From: Lophium mytilinum | Lineage: Eukaryota | Reading direction: 5' to 3' | Length of the DNA: 64,000 nucleotides | NCBI GenBank assembly: GCA_010093605.1 | Contig: MU004196.1 | Span: 828,606 to 892,605 of the forward strand | Shown: piece by piece, positions 1 through 13,026 of the stretch | Position numbering within the stretch: position 1 is the first letter of the stretch | Layout of the letters: every line of letters begins with the position of its first letter | Position numbers and translations under genes: made by a program | Notes under the pieces: generated by a model | The model's database searches: none | Told to the model about the DNA's origin: nothing | What the model saw: only the letters and a program-made list of their open reading frames with translations

Positions 1-129
1 TCGATTCACTATTCTACACACCAGTAGCAGAATCCTGAGAATCTCCTACATCCCTCCGTTGTCAATCACACTAGCAACCCTCAACTTCACACACTGGCTT
101 CATACCAACCCTACAACAACATCAACCAG

Positions 130-1373
130 ATGGCCCCTATGGAGTACTATGACGAGTGCTCACCCGACGAAATCATCGACAGAGTACAGCCAAACCCACG
201 GAGGAAGTACGCCCAAGTGGGCGACGCCTCGGTCTATTCAGACGAAGTTGCAACGGTGGAAGATTTCGATGGCTGGCTCACCGACTCAATCATATACCTG
301 TACCAGGAAATCCTTCACTCGAAACTCACCCCCCTCGAACGCGATACCATCTACATGATGTCGCCATGTACCGGGGCACTTTACCGCCGGGAGTACCTCG
401 ACATCTGCCATGATACGGACCTGCTAGAAGAACGATTCGCTTTTCTCGCCGCAGCGTCGGAACAGCTGGACCGCCGATGGATCGTCTTGCCTGTCTCCGA
501 TGGCGATGGCTTTTCAGCCGTCTCCGGGACTCACTGGTCGCTTCTGATCTTTGACCTGAAAAAGGAGATCGGTACCGCCTACTATTGTGATAGCATGGGC
601 ACGGTAAACGAAAAAGTGGCGGGTGAGTTGGTAGGGATGATGTCGTGGTTGGTAAAGAAGGGCATACGTGGAGAGAAGATGCGGACACCGCAGCAGAGCA
701 ACGTCTGGGACTGCGGTGTGTATGTTTGTTGGATGATTGACGCATTGGTCAATAACTATATGGCCGATGAAGGGGGTTCTCTCACGGATTCGTCGCTGGT
801 GCCTTTGGCAGGTGACATCAACCCACGCCAGTATCGGAGATTGATTCTCAAGATGATGGCGAAGCATCTGGCTGTCGTCAGGTAAGAAGTCTCCTAGCCC
901 TGACAACGGAACAAAGACGCTGACGCCTAGATAGCCCGCAGTCATCCCAAACTTCATCTTCACCATCCCTACCAAGCGATCAGATACAGGCTCAGCCTGT
1001 GTCAGCCTCGGAATGGCAGTCAGAGACGGACAAAGAACTGCACGCGAATGAACAGCCGCGTACGGAAGCAGAAAGCAGCGAGCAGTGCCACATCAATGAA
1101 GGAGAATGCACAGCCAAGGAACCGAACACATACGAGCAGCCTCAGATGGACGAGCAGTCGCTGTCAGACGTGGAACTTGATTCAGACGAGGAGCCTTTCT
1201 TCAACAAGGTCTCTACTCCAAACGAGCAGCTCCTGCCGGATGACAACTTAGACGGCGACTCGGACGACGACTCGGACGACAACGAGGACAACTTGGACGA
1301 CGACTCACTTCCCAGCAACGAGCCACCACCATACGAGCAGCTGCCCCTGCCAGAAGAAGATCTTCAGACATGA
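130..1373 (+). CDS. Ulp1/SENP8 (DEN1/NEDP1-like) C48 cysteine protease with acidic C-terminal tail
   Basis: ORF 130-885 has HWSLL...YYCDS...QQSNVWDCGVY (His-Asp-Cys triad plus oxyanion Gln). A putative intron 882-934 (GTAAGA...GCTGAC...ATAG) removes the stop and joins in frame to the acidic ORF ending at 1373. The protease domain is secure; the extension is a model. Confidence 0.8.
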
Positions 1374-1870
1374 CAACGCTTGTTGGGATATCTCAATTCA
1401 GAAAAGCATTTGCAGCGTTGAAACTTCGTCAGGGCTTCCTTTTCAATACCCTCCCTGGCATAGCCCCATCATCTTCTTTTCCTCTCCCAGCTTGACGCAG
1501 GGCTCCCGAGCTCGGGATATAGACACACAGACAGTTTCCCAATGATAAACATCTTTGTTGGTCCACTTGACTTTTCCTTTGCCCTTTGCGGTACTAGTTC
1601 TTTCCGTGATGGATGGTGTGATCTTTATGTTATTCACCCCGCCCTTGAGATAGCCTGATGTCTAAAGCCGTTCATATATGGGGCCATCAAGATGGCCTTG
1701 GATCGTCGCTTCACTGCTCTCTTAGCTCTTTACCTCCTTCTCTTCAGGAACATAGCCTCATTCCACCTCTTCCTCTCCGAACTTCCAGTACACTTCACTG
1801 CCCTCATACCAATCAGACCACGAACACCCAAACGCCTAATCCAAATCACCCAAAAAAACAAACCCCTACC

Positions 1871-2767
1871 CTACCCATCACAAATCAGATCAAAATCCGG
1901 AAACGCCGGATCCGGCCCAATATTCGTACTCTGCACCGTGTCGAACGTCTGCGTCGTGGCGCTCGCCTGAGCCGCCTCACACTGCGCTATACAACCCCAT
2001 CAGCATCAGTATCTTAAACCCTTCAACAAAGCATCAAAGCCACACAACCAACAAAGAAATCCTTCCCCAGACGGGGGGTCCTAATCACTTACTCTTCTGC
2101 CCATTACAATCATTCACACTAAACGGCCCCTTGTTCCCCGCGTCATTCGCCGCCTGGCTGCACGTATTCGCCTGATTATCGCAGGTCCGCTGCGCGGCGG
2201 ACGCGAAGTCAGTGAAGGTAGAGCCGTCGACGAGGAAGGGGCGTTTGGAGTCGCCTGGGGATTTGGTTAGCGGGGTGCTTGGCTTTTTCTACCTGCTTTG
2301 GCTATGGGTATAGTCCTGGGGTGGGAGTTGTGGAGATGGATGGTTGTGGTGGTGCTGGTGTTCAAGAGGCTCTTTAGGTATTGCACTCCTAAATACTGCT
2401 ATCTGAGGTGGCCTAGCTTCTTTACCGGTCGTTCAGGATAGTGGAGCTTTGGTGCGGTTTGGAGGGTTGAGGAGGGGGCTGGAGCATGTCGAGCGGTGGC
2501 AGATGTGTGCGTGTGCGGTTCTTTGGAAAGGGGGCTTCCTTTTTTAGAGGCATGGGGTTGTAAAGCTGAAAGCTTACCGGAGTTCGAGATCGCCGGGGCC
2601 GCGCCACCAAGGGAGCCGGTGAAGGTCTGCAGATTCGAGACCTGCCGCGTGAAGAGGGTGTGGTGGGGGAGGAGGTGGATTTCGGAGTCTGGGACGAGGA
2701 TCGTGGGGGAGAAAGCCGATGTAAGTGACAGCAAAAGAGATAGTGATAATACATAGTAGTGCATCAT
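1871..2767 (-). CDS. Small secreted Cys-containing protein, 3 exons
   Basis: Signal peptide MMHYYVLSLSLLLSLTSA. Exons 2767-2578, 2254-2093 and 1986-1871 join in frame with GT-AG introns, giving NLQTFTGSLGGAAPAISNSGDSKRPFLVDGSTF...RTCDNQANTC...DFDLICDG*. Confidence 0.8.
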
Positions 2768-3641
2768 TATGAAAGGTAAGTAATAGCGAAGTAATGAGGA
2801 TATTGAGGTTGATACGTGACGAGGTTGAAGATTTGAGACGGTCAAGGCGCGACCATCACGGCCGCCCATCTTACCTATATGAACTCGCACTACCCTTATT
2901 AAACTTCAGACAGTCCCGCCTTACCACAATGCCTTGGCTGTGGCTCGAACAGTTCAGCTCAAAGGTGCGGCGTGTCGCGCATCCCGAAGTGGTGATAAGC
3001 GCTGGGGGATGCGACGGATGCGAAACGGGCGTAGGCCCCTGACCTGCGACTAGAAACGCCAGGATTTTGGGATTGCGAGGCTGAGAACGCGGCGATCACG
3101 AGCTAGAAGATATTGACGCAATAAACATGGGTCTTCGAGACTTTGTAGATTAAAATGGGTATTTTCTCTGTCTCAACCAAGCCAACGAAGGAACGACAAG
3201 AAGAAAGACAGTCTGTGAGAACGACTTTTCGGCTATATAAAGAAGATACAGTTGAGTGCAGTGATCAGAGTACTAAACCCACGATGACGCTCCCAACGTC
3301 CTCCAATTACAAGTGTTATATACTGAGTAGTAAACCTGAGGCGTTTCTACTACGCTTCTCTCTTAACGAAATAAGGGGAAACCCAAAGACAAGGTGCAGT
3401 CTCAACAGCAAAGCCAATTGAGATGGTTTCGATTTCGAGCAAGCTGGCTATCCGCGCTAACAAATGCTCATCAATCAACCTATATAACGCCACTTTCAGC
3501 AGAGCAAATAGCTTCCATGCTGATGTGCTCTTCCACCCAATATCCCACATGTGGGAGAAAATCAACGCTCGGCGAACAGAGGCAAGGAAATATGAGGACA
3601 AGGGGGTGTCGTGGTTCGTCATTAACGGTGATATCGGCAGT

Positions 3642-4481
3642 CTAGAAGTTGGCTGCGGCGTTGGGGCGTCCGCCAGGGTTGTGATACTGCTCGAGGTTGG
3701 TCTGGAACGGAGTATTGGCGGCGCCGCTGTTGGGCTTCTCGCCGACGGCAGAGCCAGTGCCCATCATCAGATCGTTGTTGTCGTCGTCGCTCATGCGCTT
3801 CTTGCGGCCCCAGACGCGCCAGGCGACGAGGGCAAGACCGCCGAGCACGATGGCTCCACCGACGCCGCCAACCACACCACCGATGATGCTCTTGGTCTTG
3901 CTGCTCATGCCACCACTACCACTGCTGTTGCCAGAGGTGTTAGGAGAGGCGGTTTGGGTTGCGAAGCCGGTGGTTTTGGCGACAGTGCGGCTGGCGGTTT
4001 GGGTTTCGACGAAGGTGGAGCTGCCGCTGACGATTGTGGTAACGGTCACGAATTGCTCGACGGATGTTTGAACGAGAGCCGAGGTGTAGAGCGACGGGGC
4101 TGCAGAGGTCTTCGTTGTCTTAGGAGCGGCGGAAGAGGCACCTTTGGAGGACGCAGCAGCAGGAGTCGATGAAGCATCGTCGGATGAGGCGGCTGACGAC
4201 GCGGCGACCGATGAGGGCTCTGGGGTTGCAGACGTAACGGCGTCAGAGGTTACGGCCGCGCTCGAGGGCGTTGGAGTCGCTGATGGGGTGTCCGCCGGTG
4301 TGCTCGATGCCACTGGGGTCTCGCTGGACGCCGCGGAAGAGGGAGTAGGAGTGGCAGAGGAAACGCCAGTACCGACGGCTTGCCTCTTGTCGTAGTGCAT
4401 GTATGCCGCGATGCCATCGAGGTCAAGCGCGGATGTCAGGGCCAGAAGGGCCAGGAGGGTGAGCAGAACCCACGACTTCAT
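3642..4481 (-). CDS. Mid2-like single-pass cell-wall/plasma-membrane protein
   Basis: Signal peptide, KR processing site, long Ser/Thr/Ala-rich ectodomain, TM helix IIGGVVGGVGGAIVLGGLALVAW followed by RKKR, and a short tail ending NAAANF. Confidence 0.8.
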   Translation of the reverse strand: MKSWVLLTLLALLALTSALDLDGIAAYMHYDKRQAVGTGVSSATPTPSSAASSETPVASSTPADTPSATPTPSSAAVTSDAVTSATPEPSSVAASSAASSDDASSTPAAASSKGASSAAPKTTKTSAAPSLYTSALVQTSVEQFVTVTTIVSGSSTFVETQTASRTVAKTTGFATQTASPNTSGNSSGSGGMSSKTKSIIGGVVGGVGGAIVLGGLALVAWRVWGRKKRMSDDDNNDLMMGTGSAVGEKPNSGAANTPFQTNLEQYHNPGGRPNAAANF

Positions 4482-5576
4482 TTTGGTGGTGGATGGCGAT
4501 GGAGAACGAGAGGAGATATTTGCTGTAGTGATGAACGACTCTCGGTGGTGTGTCAGCTGTGTCAGGGAGATCCTGGATGGAAGTCCGCTGGTAAGGGGTA
4601 AATCGGGACGTGTACGCGAGAGGTTAATGGGGGGAGTTGGAAGGGGTTAAAAAGTCAACGAGAGAGAATCAAATGGACGTGAATGAGAAAGCAGCGAGTG
4701 TGGGAGCAACGGCTGGCTCGGGTGGTGTGGGTGGTGACTGAGCAGCGAACGGAAGGGTTTTTGGTGCCGCTAAGAGGACAACGCGCAGCAGGCCCCATCA
4801 CGAGACGCCAAAAATAGACACATATAGCGCATTCATGGCACCGTTCAACACCGTCTGGGGCGCCCTAAGAGCGATCAGGCTTGCAGACTGTCGTATTCGA
4901 ACGCTTCAACGAGTATCAGAGCACTTCAAGCGGTGCTACGCCAGTGTACCCAAGCGCGAAGGGAGTGTTGACCTTAGGAATGGACTTCGTACATATCCGT
5001 AGACTGCCACTGAAGGCCTTCTTCGGACGCTCTTTGTGCACTGCTATTTTATGTTCAAGGGAGCCTGCTTGTGCTATTGTATCCTAGACGGCCGAGTCCT
5101 TTTCATGTTTCTATCCCCGATGTACATACACACTATAGGATGTGTTTGCTTAGAACCGCCTAAGGGTCTCTAGTACGTTATAGCAATTATACAGCGGCAG
5201 TCTGGCAAGCCTCGTATCTCTAGGCCACCCCAGTCAGTGATGAACTATTCAACAGAGTTCCTTGTGCTATTGTATCCCAAACGGCCGAAGAGTGCAGGAC
5301 CTCCACCCTCAGCCATTCAGCGCGCCGCGATAGATTTTGATGCTTGAAACCTCCCACCACCCGCGTTTCACGGCTCGTCCACTCACCACCCGCCCTTTGC
5401 GAGCATTTCGGGCCCACTGCAGTTTTTGACAGCACCGGTGGCGCGCCAGACTCGGTCGGCCCACCCTTCACAAGCCAGCGCGGTGCGTCATCGGCTCAAC
5501 CCGAACGACGACCCTCGTGCAGACTTCTCTCTCTCGCTTTTCGCGCCAATCCCGCTGCCCTCCCCTCAACTCCACC

Positions 5577-6676
5577 ATGTCCATAAGCGGTGCCCCAGCA
5601 CTCGCAGCGATGCTGCATTTGACGCCCCACGAGGCCCTTTCCGGCGTCTTTGGCTCTGTCTCATTGGCCTCTTGGATCTTCCTCTTGGTACATTACCTAA
5701 ATGAACTTCCCCTCATGCTCCCGCTAACCCGCTAATAGGTCCCGCAATTGATCGAGAACTATAAACAGGGCTCCGCAGACGGCATATCGCTTGCCTTTTT
5801 GGCCGTCTGGTTCATTGGCGACATCACCAACCTCGCCGGAGCTCTGTGGGCTGGCCTCGTGCCCACCGTCACTGCCCTGGCTGTTTATTTCTGCTTCGCG
5901 GATCTAATTTTAATTAGCCAATGCCTGTATTACAACTTCAAAAACTCGTGGAAAGCGAGAAAGGCATCCACCAGGTCGACCCAGACTACAGATAGCGCAG
6001 AGCAGCCGCTGCTTGGGCGGCGCGATAGCAATATCGGACTTCCAGGTTCTCACAGGAGACGCTCGTCTGCGAGGAGCCACAGAGAAAGCGTCAATCGGAG
6101 AGACTCTCTTGCGTCGATTGTGGAGGAGGAATCCGGTGGCCGGGAGTGGGTCAAGAATGCCTTGAGCATAATCGGGGTGGTGGCCGTGGGGACAGCCGGC
6201 TGGGCTATTGCGTGGAAGACGGGCGTCTGGAAACCCACACCTCTGAATGATGATGCTGGGACTACTGAAGTAGCATTGGGGGCTCAGATCCTAGGTTACG
6301 CCAGTGCTGTATGCTACCTTGGGTATGTCGGTCACTTTTGTCTATGAGTACACAGCCATGCTGACATGTCATAGCGCCCGAATTCCTCAGATTATCAAGA
6401 ACCAGCGGGAGAAGTCTTGCGAAGGTCTATCTCTGCTCTTCTTCATGCTCTCTTTGCTCGGAAATGCTACTTACGGCGCAGGAGTAAGACCAGTCCTTCG
6501 CCTATACTCTATATGCATGCTTACAGGCACAGATTCTCTTCCACTCTGTCGAGAAGGAATACTTCCTCACCAACCTCCCTTGGCTCATTGGCTCCCTCGG
6601 AACCATGGTAGAAGATGCAACCATCTTCGTCCAGTTCCGCATGTACGGCGACAATTCCCCGTCCGCCGTTGTATAA
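5577..6676 (+). CDS. PQ-loop vacuolar membrane transporter (Ypq1/PQLC2-like)
   Basis: Two PQ motifs (VPQLIENYKQGSADGISLAFL; ARIPQIIKNQREKSCEGLS), multiple TM segments and three short GT-AG introns. Confidence 0.9.
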
Positions 6677-7317
6677 GAACACTTTGATCTCGGAAAATAT
6701 ATACACGATGTATACAATGATACTCGATACCCTGACCGCGCTTATGGGTTATAATTGATAAGATCTGGAGTTTGTAGGCAGCAAAATCGTCCACGCTTGG
6801 GATTGGTCTGGAAAATCGCAGAATACAGTACTTTGCCATTAATATCTGTACAATTTACTGCTACTGTTCGTCGCCCTCTAACTTACTGTTAGAAACGCGG
6901 ATACACTTTCCATCTGCGTACACCCTGCTGACGTTGCTCTGGAGTTTACTAGTTGTCGGAAATGTCAAGCTTCTCCTATTCGGAATGCTGAAATACTATG
7001 GGACTCCTCATGCAGCGGTAAAGGAGTGCATGCATACTTACAAAGTGTCATTCTATGCACCTTGACGTGTCTTGTGCTTGAGGCGTAAACAGACTTGCGA
7101 GCCTCGCCGGTTAGTAGGTCCCAGGAACAACAACTGCTTGATTTCAAAAGGCGGACTATGAAACGCAAGAGGTTCGTGCCCAAGTTGCTCGCAATTCCCG
7201 AAATGTCTGCTAGTAGCTAAACTAGTTCCACATCAAGCTAATCCATAGGGTCTTTAACTTACTATATTTTGCTCATCATCAAATCAACCCATGGGTGGTC
7301 CAGTCGGCCGGCTGGTC

Positions 7318-7499
7318 CATTCCCATAGTCTAGGGGAGTCTTGATGATGTCCCTCTCATACCGTTGACACTGCGGTGCTCGCACCTTGGGGCCTAGACTG
7401 TGGGATTTCCCATTCCCATAATCCAGGGGAGTCTTGATGATGTCCCTCTCATACCGTTGACACTGCGGTGCTCGCACCTTGGGGCCTGGATTGTGGGAT
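7318..7499. repeat. Direct tandem duplication, 93-bp period, two near-identical copies
   Basis: CATTCCCATA...GGGGCCT..A.TGTGGGAT occurs at 7318 and 7411. The copies differ by four transitions. Confidence 0.95.
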
Positions 7500-9572
7500 G
7501 CATCTTGGGTTCGAACCTTGGTTGACCTTTTTTTGCTCTTTTTGCTTTGCTCTCTCTCTCTCTCTCTATGCATCCTACGTATCGCTCTCTCCACCTGCGC
7601 TGGTTGGATTAAGTCACGTTACTCCGAGTTCCGTCATCTATAAAACCTTCCACAGCTCTCGCATCCTAGAGACAGGATAGTCTTTTCGGACTAGTCACAC
7701 CCGGAGTATCACGACAAAATGGAGGACTTGAAGAAGAACCTCCTACACGGGCGCATGGGTCGTTTGGGCCATCAACTGTGTCTGCGAATCGATCCCATGT
7801 CTGTAGCAGAAGAAGTGCTTGGTCCATTGGCCACAGGTGCGAGATATCAATGTTGCTAATCATCGCCATCTTCAGACACACATTCTCGCCATCCACAAAA
7901 CTCGCTAGAGATCTTCGGTCTCAGATACGTTCAGCATTCTTACTCCATGTCTGTGATAATCTTAACACGATAACCTTGATAATCATAGAGCCATAACGAC
8001 GCTCACCATCATCTCCTACCCGTTCTACTCCCCTCTCCATTGTCCTGGGCAAACACTTTTGTTGATGGCCAGCCTGCGAATCCCACTCCGCCTCTCCATA
8101 TCTAAGTTCGTACCAAGTGTTGTTGATAACGAACCCACCAATCCACTTCTCATGGATGATATAATGTGCACATTTTGAAACACCCCACAAACCCCAGCCG
8201 AGCCATCAGGCGCGGCGACGGCTTATTTGAACCACCCGACCAGAGCAGCCATGAAACCGCTCCCCGCGCTGACTTGAACTCGCGACCACCACCTCCTCCT
8301 TGTTTGGAAAAGAGGCAGAGAGCCCGCAGTGGAAACTTTATAGGTAGAAGATTGCCACAGACACGTGAGAGCGTGGAGGCACGTGTACACAGCTGGCTTC
8401 CTGAGCTGCAAGGCTCCAGGCTGAACGCCGTATTAGCGGTGAACATCCCAAGCAAGATCTAGAGTCCATGAGGGAGCGTGAGATCATGGGAATCTCACGT
8501 GAGCCCGTGAAATACAGGGGTTGGGAGGGTATAAAGCTCCAGCTTCTGCGGGTTGGAGTCTTCAGAGTTCGAGGGGTTGTTTTGGAGCTTGTTCAATACT
8601 GTATGCGGCGCAACATAATGGTGTGGTGGAGTTGCGGAGGAGTTTTGGTGGTTCAAAAATCGGAGATGAAGATTGAATGGAGGTTGGTCTTTGAAAACAG
8701 ATGTCCGAGTATATCATGGAGTGGTTGGAGCGCAGTGCAAACTCAGCACTATGTACTCACAATGGTGCGCGAGACTGGGGGAAAGGTGGTGATGACGATG
8801 GTGATGGGGAACAGCAATGCTGAATGTATAGGAAATTGTTGAGATGAGGATTTAAGGTTTGCAGCATTAATGTATCAAATTATTCCTAGGCGGCCTCCAG
8901 CTCTTTGCTTCAAGGATGGCGAGCATCCTTGTCTTTTACCGTGTCGAACTCCTCATCCATGGTCTCGCGAATTGCATGCTATTGAACAGACCACACTCGA
9001 TGGGTCTATAGTGTCTACAATTTTACCACACACCCATCCAAGCCATGTGGATAGGTGAAGTCATGTTTTGCTCTACATAGTGATGCTCAAAGCCTGCGGC
9101 GGAAAAACATGGACTTGCTGATGTTGCTTGTATAGACGAGGCTCAAACATGTCATGACACGACAGGTCTGGATACACTGAAGTATGAGCTGGCAGCATAA
9201 TGCCATCGTGCGTTCATGTGTCTGCCATATGAAATGTTGTCAAGTGGCACAGTGAAGATGTCCACTTGAAACGAGGCGCCGTTCCTGACTAGCCCCTTTG
9301 CATATAAATAGTTTCTTGGCAAAACCTCCCCTAACCGCGACAGAACGCCCATACCTCTCCGACCTTCACACCACACCTGAACGTTTCGAAACGTCAACAC
9401 ACTCATTCACTTTCTTTCCCCTTTGACCTATACGGTTCCTTCTTTACCTGTCGCTCTTTTACAGGCCTTTACCATCTTTTTATCTACACGCGTCTACCCG
9501 ACAAAATCATTCTCAACCTCATACCAATACCACGAATCCTTCGACCCGCTACCCATTCCCAATACATTCGAT

Positions 9573-10446
9573 ATGTTCTCCAAGTCTATCTTCGTCTTCG
9601 CGTTCCTCGCCGTCGCCAAATTGGCCGTCGCGACCCCTCCCGCGTGTCTCCTCGGCGCTATAGCGTACGTCTCTTGGTTCCGGCGCCTAAGGGCTAGACA
9701 TAGGAATCGGGCTGACACACATCCAGGACCCAGGACGACCCGTCCAAGGTTAGCGAAATCTGCAAGAACAGCAAGATGAGCGGCTACATCAGCAGCGCGT
9801 GCGGCGACTCGACCCAACAGGCCATGAGCGCCTTCTCTGCAGTTTGCAAGGAAGCTGGCGTCACAGTCGGTATGTAAACCCTCTTCTTTCAGAACCACAA
9901 TTGCCACTATGAGCTACGGCCTACCTACACAAACAAAATACACAACAAACTACACTCCTCGACGATCTCCACACCCATAAATCACGTACCTCATCCACAT
10001 CATACACCCAACGCACAACAGCCATATTAATGGAAAACCAACCACCAGCCACCTCCTCCTCCTCCGCCTCGGCCTCGTCAAGCTCCCACTCCGGCTCCTC
10101 CAAGACTAACTCCGGAACAGCGACCTCGGTCTCGGCCTCTTCCTCCGCCAGCGCCACGGGCAAGTCCACCGCAACCCACTCCGCCAAATCCGCGTCCATC
10201 ACCGAGCACGCTTCCACCTCCCTCGTCGTCTACACCTCCGCCTCCTTCGACTCTGCATGCTCCTGCACCAAGACTGCTGCCATCACCAGCACCGAGGTTT
10301 CAGGCCCCACGGGCCTCGCGACCGTGGCCACCGGCACCGCGACTGGCACGGGTGTGCCGCAGAGCACCGGCGCGGCAGGACGATTGGAGATGGGCGCGTT
10401 TGCGGCGATGGCGGGAGTGGTGGCTGGTATGTTTGCTGTGTTGTAA
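9573..10446 (+). CDS. GPI-anchored Ser/Thr-rich cell-wall protein with N-terminal Cys domain (CFEM-like)
   Basis: Signal peptide MFSKSIFVFAFLAVAKLAVA, then PPACLL..C..C..C, an S/T-rich stalk and a hydrophobic C-terminal GPI signal (GAAGRLEMGAFAAMAGVVAGMFAVL). Two introns. Confidence 0.8.
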
Positions 10447-10902
10447 ATTGCGAGATGGGCATAATAGCGCGGTGAGAGAGGGTAGTGAGAGGTGTTGGTG
10501 GAAGCGGAGTCCTGGATCACAACGAACGGGCAGGAGCTGTCGGAGGGAGTTTCTTGTACTCACTAGAAGAGCTGAATTGTGCAGAGGTAGCGAAGAGGCA
10601 AGGTTGTTGCGTTGCAGCTGGATCGAGTACATGAACATAAGATTAGCAGCAATTGGACCATCCGCACTCGTGCGATACTGTATACTATATCAAGATTGCC
10701 GTGCTCCTCGACCTCAGAATGAGACTTTGAAACAGCGTGAACACGTATCGCTACCTCGTGAAGATGAGACTGCCTCAGGGCTCGCTTGTGACCACTGTAG
10801 GTGACAAGAGATTCACATGGTCAAAATCACTGCACTGTTTGAAACTGATGTATGATACTGGATATATGGGTTTTATTTCTGTTTCTCGTTCATCAGCAGG
10901 TC

Positions 10903-12733
10903 TCAAGATTTCCTAGCCCTACGTTCCTGCAACTGCACCAGCCGCTCCATATTCCCGATCCACTTCTCCGCGAATATGCGGTCCGTGAAGCGGAGCGCGG
11001 ACTTGCGTGCGCGAAGACGCATGGCGCTCGTCTCAGCCGGGGAAAGCGATAGCGCTTGAGCAAAGGCAGAGGCGTATTCCTCCACTGTGCTTGCATGGAA
11101 GCCTATATGATAACTCATATTAGCCAAGTAACACTCATTCATTCTCATATTTCAGGGGTCAAATCTCACCAGTCGGCTCCCCATCGATATCAACAACGAT
11201 ATCCAACTTCGGCCCTCCAGAGTCGTTCACCACGCTAATGAGGCCGGCGGCTTGATACTCGACCACCCCAATACCAAAATGCTCGTTCCACATCCCATTC
11301 ACGCCGACCGAGGCGCGCTGCAGCCAGTCGAGGATCTGCGGCCAGCTTGCGTCGCACACGAACTCTATTTTTTCTTTGATCTTGCGCTCGTGCGCGAGCA
11401 GGCGGAGGTTGTAGACGCGGGTGGCGTCGTCGCTGTCCCGCACCGAGCCTACGAGCACAAGTTTAGGGGGGGTGTTCGGGAAAGAAGGAAACGCGTTGTG
11501 TTTCGCGACTAGCTTCGCGAAGGCTTCTATGATCAACGTGTGGTTCTTCTCTGGGCGGAACTGCGCGATGTAGAGGATCGTTGGGCCGCGTTTGCTCTCG
11601 CTCTCGGGGGAGACGTCGATGCCGTCAGTGAGCTCTTCGACGGCGACGGGGGGGAAGACGACGTCGATGTCGGTTTCGGAGGCTTTGATGGACCGTAGGC
11701 GGCGGGCGCGCCGTGGGGCCCAGAGAGAGCGGATGTGGGATTGCGTCCAGGTGGAGTTGGTCATGACGACGTCGATGGTGCTGCCGACGAGGCAGTAGAG
11801 GCGCGCGAAGAGGGACCAGTAGTGGCGCTTTGCGAAGCCCTTCCAGCCTACGCCAGCGCCGGCGTTTACGCCTTGGCCGTCGGAGGAGAGAGAGGCGAGC
11901 ATGTCGGTGGAAATCGTGGGGTAGTGGACGTATGCGCTTGTGGGGACGGCGGGAAAGAGGAAGGTGGAGAGAGCGAGGGCGAAGGCATAGCCCATGGTGT
12001 CGATGAAGATGTCTGGGACGAGAAGGCTAAAGGCGTCGTAGGCAAGGATCAGGGAGCCGAGGGACTGCCCTAGGAGTGTGAAGTGTGGCCATGTGCTGCT
12101 GAGAACGTAGCGGCGGGTCGAGAGGTAGAGGAAGTGAACGGTTGGGGGGTGGAGGTGGATATTGAAGCGATTCTGGCCGTATCAGCTTGACTGTTCATGC
12201 CAGGCAGGGAGTAGACGGCATACCGCTACTCGCTTTAGTATGGCTGCCTTGTCCACATCGTGGTCGCCAGTGTATACAACGCAGACGGCATCCGGCCAGC
12301 GTTTCTGGTTCGCTCGTATAGCAGCCCAGAGAACGCGTTCTCCCCCGCCTCCAGCATTACTTGGGCGTGAGAATCAGCTCCGTGCTCCTGCTACAAGCCC
12401 AGGACCCGATGCTCACCAGAAAGGGTGAAAGAATCCCATGATACCTTTCCAGTCCTCCCGCCCTTTCGCTCCGTTGGCGGCTGTACCGGCAGCATAACCT
12501 TCCACTTCCTCCCAGTCGTCATCGCCGTTGGTCAGAGCTCCTTTTGAATGAGTGGCAGCGTAGGCCCGCTGCTCAGACTTGACCCTAGCCAGCAAGAGCT
12601 CTTTGCGGACACGGGAAGCTCGTCGGAGGTAGTAGCCCACTACCTGTCCTAGCGAGCCTAGAAGATATAGGCCGAAGAAATAAGCCAGAACTACAGGAAT
12701 GCTCAGCCAGAGAAATAGAAACGAGAGATTCAT
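10903..12733 (-). CDS. ALG11: GDP-Man:Man3GlcNAc2-PP-Dol alpha-1,2-mannosyltransferase
   Basis: Motifs GFFHPF(C)[39 protein letters not shown] and [18 protein letters not shown]-terminal TM; multi-exon. Confidence 0.95.
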
Positions 12734-13026
12734 GGCGAGCAGCACGGGGGTATCAAGACGAGGAAAAAAGAAGCGTAGCTGCCATGGGACTAGGGACGTC
12801 GACAAAGTATCGATGCCTGGTAGGTATTCGCGGGCGTGAGTGGTGGTCGATCTAGGATCACGTGTCGCAAGCTTCACCGCCTTTGCGGAGGTCGGGAGAG
12901 AACTAGAGAAGCTTTATTGCAGCAGACCTCGAAGCATCCCTCTTAACGCCTGCATAGCATCATCCTCGTCACCTTCTTCACCATAGTCGCTCTTTTTCTG
13001 GTCCCCACTACTCGCTCCGTCGCCCA

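Noticed and set aside
3423..4172. 249-aa plus-strand ORF, and similar long antisense ORFs over BUD6, LST8 and PBP1
   Set aside because: These are antisense shadows of GC-rich, codon-biased genes with no motifs of their own.
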